Source: Enterobacter sp. RHBSTW-00994
GTDB taxonomy: Bacteria > Pseudomonadota > Gammaproteobacteria > Enterobacterales > Enterobacteriaceae
DNA length: 40,000 nucleotides
Assembly (NCBI RefSeq): GCF_013782625.1
Contig: NZ_CP056199.1
Location: 288,588-328,587 of the forward strand
Direction: 5' to 3'
Shown here piece after piece: positions 28,489 to 39,514 of the stretch (its first letter is position 1; the number at the start of each line of letters is the position of its first letter). The notes beneath the pieces were generated by a model. That model had not been told where the DNA came from. It saw only the letters and a list, made by a program, of their open reading frames with translations, and searched no databases. Made by a program: the position numbers and the translations under genes.

Positions 28489-30054
28489 ATGAATCGTAGC
28501 GCGCAGCGCAAGATGCTGAGAGTGGTAGGGATCATCATGGTAGTTTTGCTACCGGTGATGCTTGCGCTATGGTTTGCTCAGTTACGCGCGGTGACCGAAA
28601 CAAGTGCCCAACTCCGTTCATTTGCACAACTCGCCTTAGACAAAACTGAACTGGTAATTCAACAGGTTGATTTAGCTCGCGACGCCGCTGAAAAATACCA
28701 GGGTAAGTTGTGTACGCCTGGCCATCGTCAATATATGTTGAATGTTGTTCGTGGCCGCCTGTACGTTGCAGATTTAATTTATGCAGAAGGTCAGAATTTT
28801 CTTTGTTCGACCGTTTTGACGCCTGACCATCCTTACTTAATACCCACAGCCAATTACAAACGTAAACCTGATGTTGCGATCTATTATTATCGCGATACGC
28901 CATTCTTTACTGGCTATAAAATGACGTATATGCAACGTGGGAATTATGTTGTGGTGGTCAATCCACTTTCCTACAGTGAGGTCATGTCGACGGACCATTC
29001 ACTGTCGTGGGGAGTATATGATACGGTCACTAATGCATTCTTTTCGGTGAGTACGGAAGCAAACGTTTCATTATTAAATTCGAGAATTCGTCATGACGAA
29101 TCCTCATTTCAAAAGGATGATCGTTTCTATACGATCGTTAATTCTGATAAGCGGCCAATAGCGGCCATTGTGTCGACATCCAATACCCGTTTTTATGAAA
29201 TTCTTTACCACCAGGCTACGCTGACACTGCCGCTGGGGATGATTTGCAGCATCATTATATTATTGGTGTGGTCACGTACTCATCGCGAGCTCAATTCACC
29301 AGGTCGATTATTGCACCGGGCGCTGAATAAGCATCAGCTTTGTGTGCATTATCAACCTATTATTGATATTAAAAATAACAAGTGTGTCGGTGCTGAAGCC
29401 CTGCTGCGCTGGCCTGGTTTTAATGGACAAGTCATGAGCCCTGCGGAATTTATTCCGCTCGCAGAAAAAGAGGGCATGATCGAGCGCATTACGGATTACG
29501 TCGTTGAGGGCGTGTTCAGCGATCTGGGCCATTTCCTGGCAGCAAACCCACACCTGTATATTTCGATTAACCTGTCCGCGTCTGATTTCCACTCTTCGCG
29601 CCTGATTGCCCTGATCTCCGAGAAGGCGAGGTTTTACTCTGTGCGGGCGCAGCAGATCAAAATTGAAGTCACGGAGCGCGGGTTTATCGATGTTCCGAAA
29701 ACGACGCCAGTGATTCAGGCCTTCCGGCAGGCAGGTTATGAAGTGGCGATTGATGATTTTGGTACAGGTTATTCCAACCTGCACAACCTCTATTCACTGA
29801 ACGTCGATATCCTGAAAATCGACAAATCCTTCATCGATACCTTAACCACCAACAGTACCAGCCACCTGATAGCTGAACACATCATCGAGATGGCCCAAAG
29901 TCTGCGCTTAAAAACGATTGCGGAAGGGGTTGAGACGGCCGAGCAGGTAAACTGGTTGCTGAAGCGTGGCGTACAATACTGTCAGGGTTGGCACTTTGCG
30001 AAAGCGATGCCGCCGCAGGAATTCATGACCTGGCAGCAGCAACCTTTACGCTAA
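28489..30054 (+). CDS. pdeC: CSS-domain c-di-GMP phosphodiesterase PdeC (YjcC)
   Basis: The start at MNRSAQRKML corresponds to the E. coli PdeC N-terminus. The protein has two TM segments flanking a periplasmic CSS-type domain (...QNFLCSTV...). Its EAL domain reads HYQPIIDI...GAEALLRW...IDDFGTGYS...EGVET...QGWHFAKAMPP. Confidence 0.92.
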   Translation: MNRSAQRKMLRVVGIIMVVLLPVMLALWFAQLRAVTETSAQLRSFAQLALDKTELVIQQVDLARDAAEKYQGKLCTPGHRQYMLNVVRGRLYVADLIYAEGQNFLCSTVLTPDHPYLIPTANYKRKPDVAIYYYRDTPFFTGYKMTYMQRGNYVVVVNPLSYSEVMSTDHSLSWGVYDTVTNAFFSVSTEANVSLLNSRIRHDESSFQKDDRFYTIVNSDKRPIAAIVSTSNTRFYEILYHQATLTLPLGMICSIIILLVWSRTHRELNSPGRLLHRALNKHQLCVHYQPIIDIKNNKCVGAEALLRWPGFNGQVMSPAEFIPLAEKEGMIERITDYVVEGVFSDLGHFLAANPHLYISINLSASDFHSSRLIALISEKARFYSVRAQQIKIEVTERGFIDVPKTTPVIQAFRQAGYEVAIDDFGTGYSNLHNLYSLNVDILKIDKSFIDTLTTNSTSHLIAEHIIEMAQSLRLKTIAEGVETAEQVNWLLKRGVQYCQGWHFAKAMPPQEFMTWQQQPLR

Positions 30055-30069
30055 ACGTGTACATACGCA

Positions 30070-30396
30070 TTAATTCAATTGATGGCGGTAGTCGCTCGGT
30101 GTGCGATCAAACTCGCGGCGAAACACGCGAGAGAATGTTTGTTGCGACACATATCCAAGGTCCATTGCGATATCAAAAATGGGGCGCTGCGTAGAGCGCA
30201 ATGCCTGAGCGGCCAGTAGCAGTCTGCGCTGGCGAATATAGTCGCCCAACGTCTGATGCATGACGGTGCGGAACATTCTTTGCAGATACCACTTCGAGTA
30301 ACCGGATTTCTTAGCGACCACATCAATGTTTAACGGTTGGTCGATATGTTCATCAATCCATTCAATAAGTGTCTGAATAATTTGCTGATGTGACAT
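30070..30396 (-). CDS. soxS: AraC-family superoxide-response activator
   Basis: The start at MSHQQIIQTLIEWIDEHIDQPLNIDVVAKKSGYSKWYLQRMFR gives 108 aa, close to E. coli SoxS as remembered. The upstream ATG (30420) would add 8 aa not present in SoxS. Confidence 0.95.
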   Translation of the reverse strand: MSHQQIIQTLIEWIDEHIDQPLNIDVVAKKSGYSKWYLQRMFRTVMHQTLGDYIRQRRLLLAAQALRSTQRPIFDIAMDLGYVSQQTFSRVFRREFDRTPSDYRHQLN

Positions 30397-30464
30397 AAAG
30401 TTGCCCCTCTCTAGATACAACTATCTCTGTTGATTCGTCGTTTTCTCTGCGGGCGAGTATAATT

Positions 30465-30482
30465 CCTCAAGTTAACTTGAGG
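30465..30482. promoter_or_regulatory. SoxR operator within the soxS promoter spacer
   Basis: CCTCAAGTTAACTTGAGG is a perfect 18-bp palindrome. It lies between divergent soxS and soxR, as in the characterised soxS promoter. Confidence 0.85.
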
Positions 30483-30494
30483 TAAAGAGGTTTT

Positions 30495-30953
30495 ATGGAA
30501 AAGAGATTGCCGCGAATTAAAGCCCTGTTAACCCCAGGCGAAGTGGCGAAGCGAAGCGGTGTCGCGGTGTCGGCGTTGCACTTCTATGAAAGCAAAGGGT
30601 TAATTAAAAGTCTCCGCAATGCCGGAAACCAGCGGCGTTATACCCGCGACGTGCTTCGTTATGTGGCGATTATTAAAATTGCACAGCGGATTGGGATCCC
30701 CCTGGCAACCATCGGTGACGCCTTTGGGGTGCTGCCGGAAGGCCATTCGCTGAGTGCTAAAGAGTGGAAGCATCTCTCCTCACAATGGCGTGAGGAACTG
30801 GACAGACGTATTCATACGCTGGTTGCGCTACGTGACGAACTCGATGGGTGTATTGGTTGCGGCTGTCTGTCACGCAGCGATTGCCCGTTGCGTAACCCTG
30901 GTGACCAGCTCGGCGCACAGGGGACGGGCGCACGATTGCTGGAAGAGGATTAA
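30495..30953 (+). CDS. soxR: MerR-family redox-sensing [2Fe-2S] regulator
   Basis: The N-terminal [26 protein letters not shown] is a MerR HTH. The cluster motif is [17 protein letters not shown]. Confidence 0.96.
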   Translation: MEKRLPRIKALLTPGEVAKRSGVAVSALHFYESKGLIKSLRNAGNQRRYTRDVLRYVAIIKIAQRIGIPLATIGDAFGVLPEGHSLSAKEWKHLSSQWREELDRRIHTLVALRDELDGCIGCGCLSRSDCPLRNPGDQLGAQGTGARLLEED

Positions 30954-30959
30954 CCCAAA

Positions 30960-30992
30960 AAACTAAAGCGCCAAACCAAGGCGCTTTAGTTT
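30960..30992. terminator. soxR terminator (bidirectional-looking)
   Basis: aaactaaagcgcc (30960-30972) pairs with ggcgctttagttt (30980-30992), a 13-bp perfect stem. An A-run precedes it and a T-run follows. Confidence 0.75.
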
Positions 30993-31222
30993 ATTCCCGG
31001 TCTTTGTCTTTCTCTCTATCCCGCTGGTTCACGGGAGGGTTTTCCCCCGACATCAGCACCCCTCATGTCGAGCTGGTTGAGGAGGTTCCGGTTTGTGCTG
31101 ACACTTTAATTCTATGCATAACCTTTTTTTTTGCCAGTTGTGATGACTGTTTTTTAGCCAAATTTTTTTCGTGATGTTGTTCGATTTTCTATAGTTAATA
31201 AGTATGAAAACAGGAGAACACG

Positions 31223-31888
31223 ATGCTAACGGTACATCACCTCAATCAGTCCCGTTCCCAGCGAGTGATTTGGGCGCTGGAAGAACTCTCCCTGCCTTAT
31301 GAGATCGTTCACTATCAGCGAGAAAAGAACATGCTTGCTCCTGCCTCGCTCCGGAAAGTTCATCCTCTGGGTAAGTCTCCGGTCGTGGAAGACAATGGAC
31401 TTATCCTTGCGGAGTCGGGCGCTATTCTTGAGTATCTCCAGGAGACCTACGATCGGGAGTCAAGGCTCAAACCACAGGATGCTGTCAACAGAGTGCAATA
31501 CCGTTTCTGGCTGCATTACGCAGAAGGTTCGCTTATGCCACTGCTCCTGATGAAGCTGGTTTTTGCGAGCCTGGGCAGACCGCCCATTCCTTTTGGTCTG
31601 CGTGCGCTGGGGAAAGTGCTGGGGCAAGGCGTGCAAAAAGCCTGGCTGAATCCTCAGCTAGAAACGCATGCCCGCTATATTGAATCTCATCTTACAGATA
31701 ATCTCTGGTTCGCCGGCGATCACCTCAGCATGGCGGATATTCAGATGAGTTTCCCGGTTTTTGCGCTGCTGTCGCGTGGGGGGATTGATCACTTGCCCCA
31801 TATTCATGCCTGGAAGAAAAGGGTTGAGATGTTGCCTGGCTGGCAGCGTGCAGTTGCGCAAGGCGGCCCGTTTGATATTCCAGGTTAG
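31223..31888 (+). CDS. glutathione S-transferase family protein
   Basis: The N-terminal thioredoxin-like part reads LTVHHLNQSRSQRVIWALEELSLPYEIV...HPLGKSPVVEDNGLILAESGAILEYL (ES..I motif). The C-terminal part is helical (LSMADIQMSFPV). An AGGAGAA SD lies upstream. The gene is absent from the K-12 soxR-ghxP spacer. Confidence 0.8.
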   Translation: MLTVHHLNQSRSQRVIWALEELSLPYEIVHYQREKNMLAPASLRKVHPLGKSPVVEDNGLILAESGAILEYLQETYDRESRLKPQDAVNRVQYRFWLHYAEGSLMPLLLMKLVFASLGRPPIPFGLRALGKVLGQGVQKAWLNPQLETHARYIESHLTDNLWFAGDHLSMADIQMSFPVFALLSRGGIDHLPHIHAWKKRVEMLPGWQRAVAQGGPFDIPG

Positions 31889-32191
31889 GGATAAATGTTA
31901 TCAAATTGCGCATAGACGATAACGTTTGCGCATCCTCTGATTATTTCTTCAGCGTCATAAGGGAATTTTAGCGAAAAACGATAAAGTTAAGTTGAAAAGG
32001 GCTGTGATTAGGCTAGATAATCGTTTGCCTTAATTTGACCACCCGTTTTTTAAGCGCGGAGCTAAACGTTTGCTTTTTTTGTGACGCCCCTTTTCGTTAC
32101 AAACGCAGCACAAGGATTTGACGTTTCGCTGGCAGTGGAGTGTCCACCACGCTTATTGACGAATGATAAAAACTCTCAGGGGATGTTTTCT

Positions 32192-33541
32192 ATGTCTACG
32201 CCATCTGCGCGTACCGGCGGTTCTCTCGACGCCATGTTTAAAATTTCTGCCCGCGGCAGCACCGTACGTCAGGAAGTTGTTGCTGGTCTGACAACGTTTC
32301 TGGCGATGGTTTATTCCGTCATCGTTGTGCCGGGAATGTTAGGTAAAGCTGGTTTCCCTCCTGCGGCGGTCTTTGTGGCGACCTGCCTCGTTGCCGGTGT
32401 GGGTTCCATCGTGATGGGCCTGTGGGCAAATCTGCCGCTGGCAATTGGCTGTGCTATCTCTCTGACCGCATTCACCGCATTCAGTCTGGTGTTGGGTCAA
32501 CACATCAGCGTTCCGGTTGCGCTGGGTGCTGTGTTCCTGATGGGTGTGCTGTTTACCATTATTTCTGCAACCGGCATCCGTAGCTGGATTTTGCGCAACT
32601 TGCCGCAGGGCGTGGCGCACGGGACGGGAATTGGTATCGGTCTGTTCCTGCTGTTGATCGCGGCTAACGGTGTTGGTCTGGTTATTAAGAACCCGCTGGA
32701 CGGCCTGCCGGTAGCGTTGGGCCACTTCGCCAGCTTCCCGGTGATCATGTCGCTGATCGGTCTGGCGGTGATTATCGGTCTGGAAAAACTGAAAGTCCCT
32801 GGTGGCATTCTGCTGACCATCATCGGTGTGTCCATTGTCGGTCTGATTTTCGATCCAACGGTTCACTTCTCCGGTATCTTCGCCATGCCATCGCTGAGCG
32901 ATGACAAAGGTAACTCCCTGATTGGTAGCCTGGATATTGTGGGTGCGCTGAACCCGGTGGTTCTGCCAAGCGTGCTGGCGCTGGTTATGACTGCGGTATT
33001 TGATGCGACCGGGACGATCCGTGCCGTTGCCGGTCAAGCCAATCTGCTCGATAAAGACGGCCAGATTATCGATGGCGGCAAAGCGCTGACCACCGACTCC
33101 CTGAGCAGCGTGTTCTCAGGTCTGGTGGGAGCTGCGCCTGCTGCAGTGTATATCGAATCAGCAGCGGGTACGGCGGCAGGCGGTAAAACGGGTCTGACGG
33201 CGATCACCGTAGGCGTACTGTTCCTGCTGATCCTGTTCCTCTCCCCGCTCTCTTATCTGGTTCCGGCGTACGCAACAGCACCTGCGCTGATGTATGTCGG
33301 CCTGCTGATGTTGAGCAACGTTGCAAAAATCGACTTTGCGGATTTCGTGGATGCGATGTCCGGTCTGATCACCGCCGTCTTCATTGTGCTGACCTGTAAC
33401 ATCGTTACCGGCATCATGATCGGTTTCGCGTCGCTGGTGATTGGCCGTCTGGTTTCCGGTGAATGGCGTAAGCTGAACATCGGTACGGTGGTTATCGCAG
33501 TCGCACTGGTCGCATTCTATGCGGGTGGCTGGGCAATCTGA
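32192..33541 (+). CDS. ghxP: guanine/hypoxanthine permease (NCS2/AzgA family)
   Basis: The start at [41 protein letters not shown] is equivalent to E. coli GhxP (YjcD). The 37 upstream codons of the track ORF are not conserved in GhxP. Confidence 0.93.
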   Translation: MSTPSARTGGSLDAMFKISARGSTVRQEVVAGLTTFLAMVYSVIVVPGMLGKAGFPPAAVFVATCLVAGVGSIVMGLWANLPLAIGCAISLTAFTAFSLVLGQHISVPVALGAVFLMGVLFTIISATGIRSWILRNLPQGVAHGTGIGIGLFLLLIAANGVGLVIKNPLDGLPVALGHFASFPVIMSLIGLAVIIGLEKLKVPGGILLTIIGVSIVGLIFDPTVHFSGIFAMPSLSDDKGNSLIGSLDIVGALNPVVLPSVLALVMTAVFDATGTIRAVAGQANLLDKDGQIIDGGKALTTDSLSSVFSGLVGAAPAAVYIESAAGTAAGGKTGLTAITVGVLFLLILFLSPLSYLVPAYATAPALMYVGLLMLSNVAKIDFADFVDAMSGLITAVFIVLTCNIVTGIMIGFASLVIGRLVSGEWRKLNIGTVVIAVALVAFYAGGWAI

Positions 33542-33557
33542 TTTGTCCTTTACGGCT

Positions 33558-33588
33558 AAAACGGGTGGCTTTGGCCGCCCGTTTTTAT
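33558..33588 (+). terminator. ghxP terminator
   Basis: aaaacgggtggc pairs with gccgcccgtttt (one mismatch) around a tttg loop. The following sequence is tttttatttt. Confidence 0.7.
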
Positions 33589-33692
33589 TTTCAGGACTCA
33601 TCCCGTTGCCTTTTGCGTTACTCTGGAGAGGATAGAATAGAGGCACGACGCCTTACGTTTTACTTATAAGAAATATCGCAAACAGGGAACGC

Positions 33693-35339
33693 ATGGAAAT
33701 TTTCTTCACAATACTCATCATGACCCTTGTGGTCTCACTATCCGGGGTTGTTACCCGCGTACTCCCCTTCCAGTTACCGCTTCCGTTGATGCAAATTGCC
33801 ATTGGCGCTTTGCTGGCATGGCCTACGTTTGGCTTGCACGTCGAGTTCGACCCGGAGCTGTTTCTGGTTCTGTTTATCCCTCCACTGTTGTTTGCCGATG
33901 GCTGGAAAACCCCCACGCGTGAATTCCTGGAACATGGGCGCGAGATTTTCGGTCTTGCGCTGGCGCTGGTGGTGGTTACGGTCGTGGGGATTGGTTTCCT
34001 GATTTACTGGGTCGTGCCGGGTATTCCGCTGATTCCGGCCTTTGCGCTGGCGGCCGTATTATCGCCGACCGATGCTGTGGCGCTTTCCGGCATCGTCGGG
34101 GAAGGGCGTATTCCAAAGAAAATCATGGGAATATTGCAGGGCGAAGCGTTGATGAACGACGCCTCCGGCCTGGTTGCGCTTAAATTTGCGGTCGCGGTCG
34201 CCATGGGCACGATGATCTTCACCGTGGGCGGCGCCACTATCGAATTCTTTAAAGTGGCAATCGGCGGCATCCTGGCCGGGTTTGTGGTGAGCTGGCTGTA
34301 TGGCCGTTCGCTACGCTTCCTGAGCCGCTGGGGTGGCGATGAACCCGCCACGCAGATTGTGCTGCTGTTCCTGTTGCCATTCGCTTCGTACCTGATTGCC
34401 GAACATATTGGTGTATCGGGCATTCTGGCGGCGGTAGCGGCGGGGATGACCATTACCCGCTCCGGCGTGATGCGCACCGCGCCCCTGGCAATGCGTCTGC
34501 GTGCCAACAGCACCTGGGCGATGCTTGAGTTTGTGTTTAACGGCATGGTGTTCCTGCTATTGGGTCTGCAGTTGCCGGGCATTCTGGAGTCTTCTCTGGT
34601 GGCGGCTGAAGCCGACCCGAATGTCGAAACCTGGATGCTGTTCACCGACATTGTACTGATCTATCTCGCGTTGATGCTGGTGCGTTTTGGCTGGCTGTGG
34701 ACGATGAAAAACTTCAGTCGTCGTTTCCTGAAGAAAAAACCGATGGAGTTTGGCTCGTGGTCGACGCGTGAACTGTTGATTGCGTCGTTTGCGGGTGTTC
34801 GTGGGGCGATTACCCTGGCGGGTGTACTCTCCATCCCACTGCTGCTGCCGAGCGGCGACGTCTTCCCGGCGCGTTATGAGCTGGTATTCCTGGCGGCAGG
34901 TGTGATTCTGTTCTCGCTGTTTATCGGCGTGGTTATGCTGCCTATTTTGCTACAGCATCTGGAAGTCGCTGACCATACCCAACAGCACAAAGAGGAGCGC
35001 ATTGCCCGTGCTGCTACGGCTGAAGTGGCGATTGTGGCGATCGAAAAGATGGAAGAACGTCTGGCGGCCGACGCGGAAGAGAACATCGACAACCAGTTGC
35101 TGAAAGAGGTCAGTTCCCGCGTTATTGGCAACCTCCGTCGTCGCGCTGATGGGCGTAACGACGTGGAAAGCTCTGTGCAGGAAGAGAACCTTGAACGCCG
35201 GTTCCGTCTGGCGGCTTTACGCTCTGAACGTGCCGAGCTGTATCACCTGCGAGCGACGCGCAAGATCAGCAATGAAACGCTGCAAAAGCTGTTGCACGAC
35301 CTGGATTTGCTGGAAGCATTGCTGATCGAGAATCAGTGA
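33693..35339 (+). CDS. yjcE: CPA1-family Na+/H+ (cation/proton) exchanger
   Basis: The 548-aa polytopic protein has the position and length of E. coli YjcE. It carries the NhaP-type block LSPTDAVA and a hydrophilic C-terminal tail. Confidence 0.88.
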   Translation: MEIFFTILIMTLVVSLSGVVTRVLPFQLPLPLMQIAIGALLAWPTFGLHVEFDPELFLVLFIPPLLFADGWKTPTREFLEHGREIFGLALALVVVTVVGIGFLIYWVVPGIPLIPAFALAAVLSPTDAVALSGIVGEGRIPKKIMGILQGEALMNDASGLVALKFAVAVAMGTMIFTVGGATIEFFKVAIGGILAGFVVSWLYGRSLRFLSRWGGDEPATQIVLLFLLPFASYLIAEHIGVSGILAAVAAGMTITRSGVMRTAPLAMRLRANSTWAMLEFVFNGMVFLLLGLQLPGILESSLVAAEADPNVETWMLFTDIVLIYLALMLVRFGWLWTMKNFSRRFLKKKPMEFGSWSTRELLIASFAGVRGAITLAGVLSIPLLLPSGDVFPARYELVFLAAGVILFSLFIGVVMLPILLQHLEVADHTQQHKEERIARAATAEVAIVAIEKMEERLAADAEENIDNQLLKEVSSRVIGNLRRRADGRNDVESSVQEENLERRFRLAALRSERAELYHLRATRKISNETLQKLLHDLDLLEALLIENQ

Positions 35340-35354
35340 TCTGTACGGGCTGAT

Positions 35355-35388
35355 GCCCTCTCCCTGTCCTTTCCCACAGGGAGAGGGC
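35355..35388. repeat. REP-like hairpin between yjcE and the LysR gene
   Basis: gccctctccctgt (35355-35367) pairs with acagggagagggc (35376-35388). It is preceded by ctgatgccctc, as in the other copies. Confidence 0.7.
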
Positions 35389-36281
35389 TAGGAGGGGGTA
35401 TTATCAACCCAAAACCCCTCGCAACAATCCAGCCATGCCTGAGCGCTGTGCGACAAATAAACCCCCTCACGCCAAATCATGCCTAACTGCCAGTGCAGAT
35501 CGCTCTCCAGCGGGATCCAGCGCAGCGTGTTCTTATCCAGACGTTCGCAGATAGGCTGTGGCAAAATCGCAATCCCAACCCCGGCCTGTACCATCGCCGC
35601 CAGAAAGTCCCATTGCCCGCTACGTACCGCAATGCGCGGCTTCACGTTGTGCTGCTGGAAGAGCGCCATCAACTGGCGGCTGAGGGCGAAATCTTCGTTG
35701 TAGATGAGCAAGGGGTGTTCGCCGAGGCGTTCAGGTTGTACCGAATCGATATGTAGCCAGTCACCAGAACGCGGTACAAGTACGCACAGCGGATGGCTGA
35801 ACAGCGGTAATGTCGCCAGACCGCTTTCTTCCTCGACGGGCAGGGCCGTCATTGCCACATCCAGTTCGCCGTTCATGACTGCCTGCTGGACAGTTAAGCC
35901 ACCAAATTCGGAAACTTTTAACTCAACGCCGGGATAACGCTGACGAAACAGGCTAATGGGGCCTGCCATCATCATGCCGACCATCGGCGGGATGCCGAGG
36001 CGCAACAAGCCTTTATTCAGATGGTTAATATCGCCCAGTTCCGCTTCCAGTTGGCGGAATTCCGCCAGGATTGCCAGCCCGCGCTCGAACACGACACGCC
36101 CGGTGTCGGTGAGTAGCAGCTTGCGACCGTCGCGGATCAGCAGGGTGCAATTCAGTTCATCTTCGAGGTTTTTCAGCATCTTGCTGATCGTGGGTTGAGT
36201 GACAAATAACTTTTCCGCTGCGCGGGTAAAACTTTGCTGACGAACCACTTCGACAAAATAGCGCAGCGTTCTTATGTCCAT
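35388..36281 (-). CDS. LysR-family transcriptional regulator
   Basis: The protein begins MDIRTLRYFVEVVRQQSFTRAAEKLFVTQPTISKMLKNLEDEL (LTTR wHTH). It is 297 aa and divergent from the lrgAB-like genes. Confidence 0.9.
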   Translation of the reverse strand: MDIRTLRYFVEVVRQQSFTRAAEKLFVTQPTISKMLKNLEDELNCTLLIRDGRKLLLTDTGRVVFERGLAILAEFRQLEAELGDINHLNKGLLRLGIPPMVGMMMAGPISLFRQRYPGVELKVSEFGGLTVQQAVMNGELDVAMTALPVEEESGLATLPLFSHPLCVLVPRSGDWLHIDSVQPERLGEHPLLIYNEDFALSRQLMALFQQHNVKPRIAVRSGQWDFLAAMVQAGVGIAILPQPICERLDKNTLRWIPLESDLHWQLGMIWREGVYLSHSAQAWLDCCEGFWVDNTPS

Positions 36282-36307
36282 GATTATTCCTCGAAACTAT
36301 ACCTTTG

Positions 36308-36322
36308 ATGATTTTAATTCAT
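36308..36322. promoter_or_regulatory. candidate LTTR box (T-N11-A) in the divergent promoter
   Basis: ATGAttttaatTCAT is an inverted repeat ATGA-N7-TCAT containing T-N11-A. It lies 27 bp from the LysR ATG. Confidence 0.35.
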
Positions 36323-36383
36323 TTCAGTCCATTGCGTGCGCTCACTATACTGGCGCTTCGTCTCATTTTTGAGGAAATCACCC

Positions 36384-36794
36384 ATGGCTGTGGCGTTAAG
36401 TCGTGTTACGCCTGCCGTTGTGCAACGACTCCAGGTTCCGGTTCAGGTCCTGCTTTATGCCGGTCTTTTTGTTTTTGCCGAATATCTCGTCACCTGGCTG
36501 CATTTGCCATTGCCTGCCAACCTGGTGGGGATGGTCTTGATGCTGACGTTGATCCTGTTTCGCGTTATCCCGCTGAACTGGGTGCGTGCAGGGGCGCGCT
36601 GGTTACTGGCAGAAATGCTGCTGTTTTTTGTTCCGGCAGTGGTCGCAGTGGTCAATTATGCGCAATTGTTGATGGTCGATGGCTGGCGTATTTTCGCCGT
36701 CATTGCGCTGAGCACGTTAATGGTGCTGGGCGCAACCGCATGGGTGGTGGATAAGGTCTATCGTTTTGAAATCAGCAGGCAGAAGCATGACTAA
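36384..36794 (+). CDS. LrgA/CidA (YohJ-like) family small membrane protein
   Basis: The start at MAVALSRV follows a GAGGAAA SD. The protein has four TM segments. The pattern LP.PANLVGMVLMLTLILF...LLFFVPAVVAV parallels E. coli YohJ as remembered. The gene overlaps the next gene by 8 nt. Confidence 0.8.
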   Translation: MAVALSRVTPAVVQRLQVPVQVLLYAGLFVFAEYLVTWLHLPLPANLVGMVLMLTLILFRVIPLNWVRAGARWLLAEMLLFFVPAVVAVVNYAQLLMVDGWRIFAVIALSTLMVLGATAWVVDKVYRFEISRQKHD

Positions 36795-37476
36795 TTTCCA
36801 GATCAGCATGTTGTGCCTTATTGCTACGCTGGTGGTCTATTTTGCGAATAAGCGTCTGTATCGCCGTTTTCACACATTGCCGCTGATGCCGCTGGTATTC
36901 ACACCGATCCTGCTGGTACTGATGCTGGTGTTCGGGCATATCTCCTGGCAGAACTACATTGGGGAGTCGCACTGGCTGCTGTGGCTGCTGGGCCCGGCGA
37001 CCATCGCCTTTGCCGTACCGGTGTACGACAACCTCGCCATTATCAAACGTCACTGGATGTCTCTGACCGCTGGTGTGGTGACGGCGACGGTTGTCGCGGT
37101 GACCAGCTCCGTCTGGCTGGCGCGGCTGTTTACCTTATCTGATGAAATTCAGCGCAGCCTGGCTGTGCGTTCAGTGACCACACCCTTTGCGCTCGCGGCG
37201 GCAAAACCGCTGGGAGGACAACCGGATCTGGTGGCGCTGTTTGTGGTCGTCACTGGGGTATTCGGAATGGCGGTCGGGGATATGCTTTTCCTGCGCCTTT
37301 CTATTCGGGAAGGCATGGCAAAAGGGGCAGGATTTGGCGCAGCATCGCACGGCGCAGGAACGGCGCGTTCTTACGAACTTGGCCAGCAGGAAGGGGTGGT
37401 AGCCAGTCTGGTGATGATGCTTTCAGGGGTGATGATGGTACTGATTGCACCGCTGGTGGCGTGGGCGATGTTTTAG
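36787..37476 (+). CDS. LrgB/CidB (YohK-like) family membrane protein
   Basis: The start at MTNFQISMLCL overlaps the upstream gene. The 229-aa polytopic protein carries the blocks SVTTPFALAAA and GAASHGAGTAR typical of LrgB-like proteins. Confidence 0.8.
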   Translation: MTNFQISMLCLIATLVVYFANKRLYRRFHTLPLMPLVFTPILLVLMLVFGHISWQNYIGESHWLLWLLGPATIAFAVPVYDNLAIIKRHWMSLTAGVVTATVVAVTSSVWLARLFTLSDEIQRSLAVRSVTTPFALAAAKPLGGQPDLVALFVVVTGVFGMAVGDMLFLRLSIREGMAKGAGFGAASHGAGTARSYELGQQEGVVASLVMMLSGVMMVLIAPLVAWAMF

Positions 37477-37501
37477 CTCCCCGGCCTGAATGGCCGGGGA
37501 G
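37477..37501. terminator. bidirectional terminator between the lrgB-like gene and actP
   Basis: ctccccggcc (37477-37486) pairs with ggccggggag (37492-37501), a 10-bp perfect GC-rich stem with a 5-nt loop. Confidence 0.7.
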
Positions 37502-37510
37502 AAGAGCAGA

Positions 37511-39474
<1,964 letters not shown>

Positions 39475-39514
39475 CACAGAGTCTCCAGAGGTTTTGTAGG
39501 GTAGATGTTTATCG

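Noticed and set aside
32339-34651. Long minus-strand ORFs (232, 162 and 215 aa) inside ghxP and yjcE.
   Set aside because: They are antisense to well-supported transporter genes. The translations are His/Arg/Gln/Thr-rich nonsense typical of the reverse complement of hydrophobic coding sequence.
36305-36754. 149-aa ORF overlapping the lrgA-like gene in another frame, and the 16-codon upstream extension of the 36336 ORF.
   Set aside because: The membrane-protein frame has a proper SD at 36384 and an LrgA-like TM pattern. The alternative frame is Arg/Gly/Cys-rich with no features.
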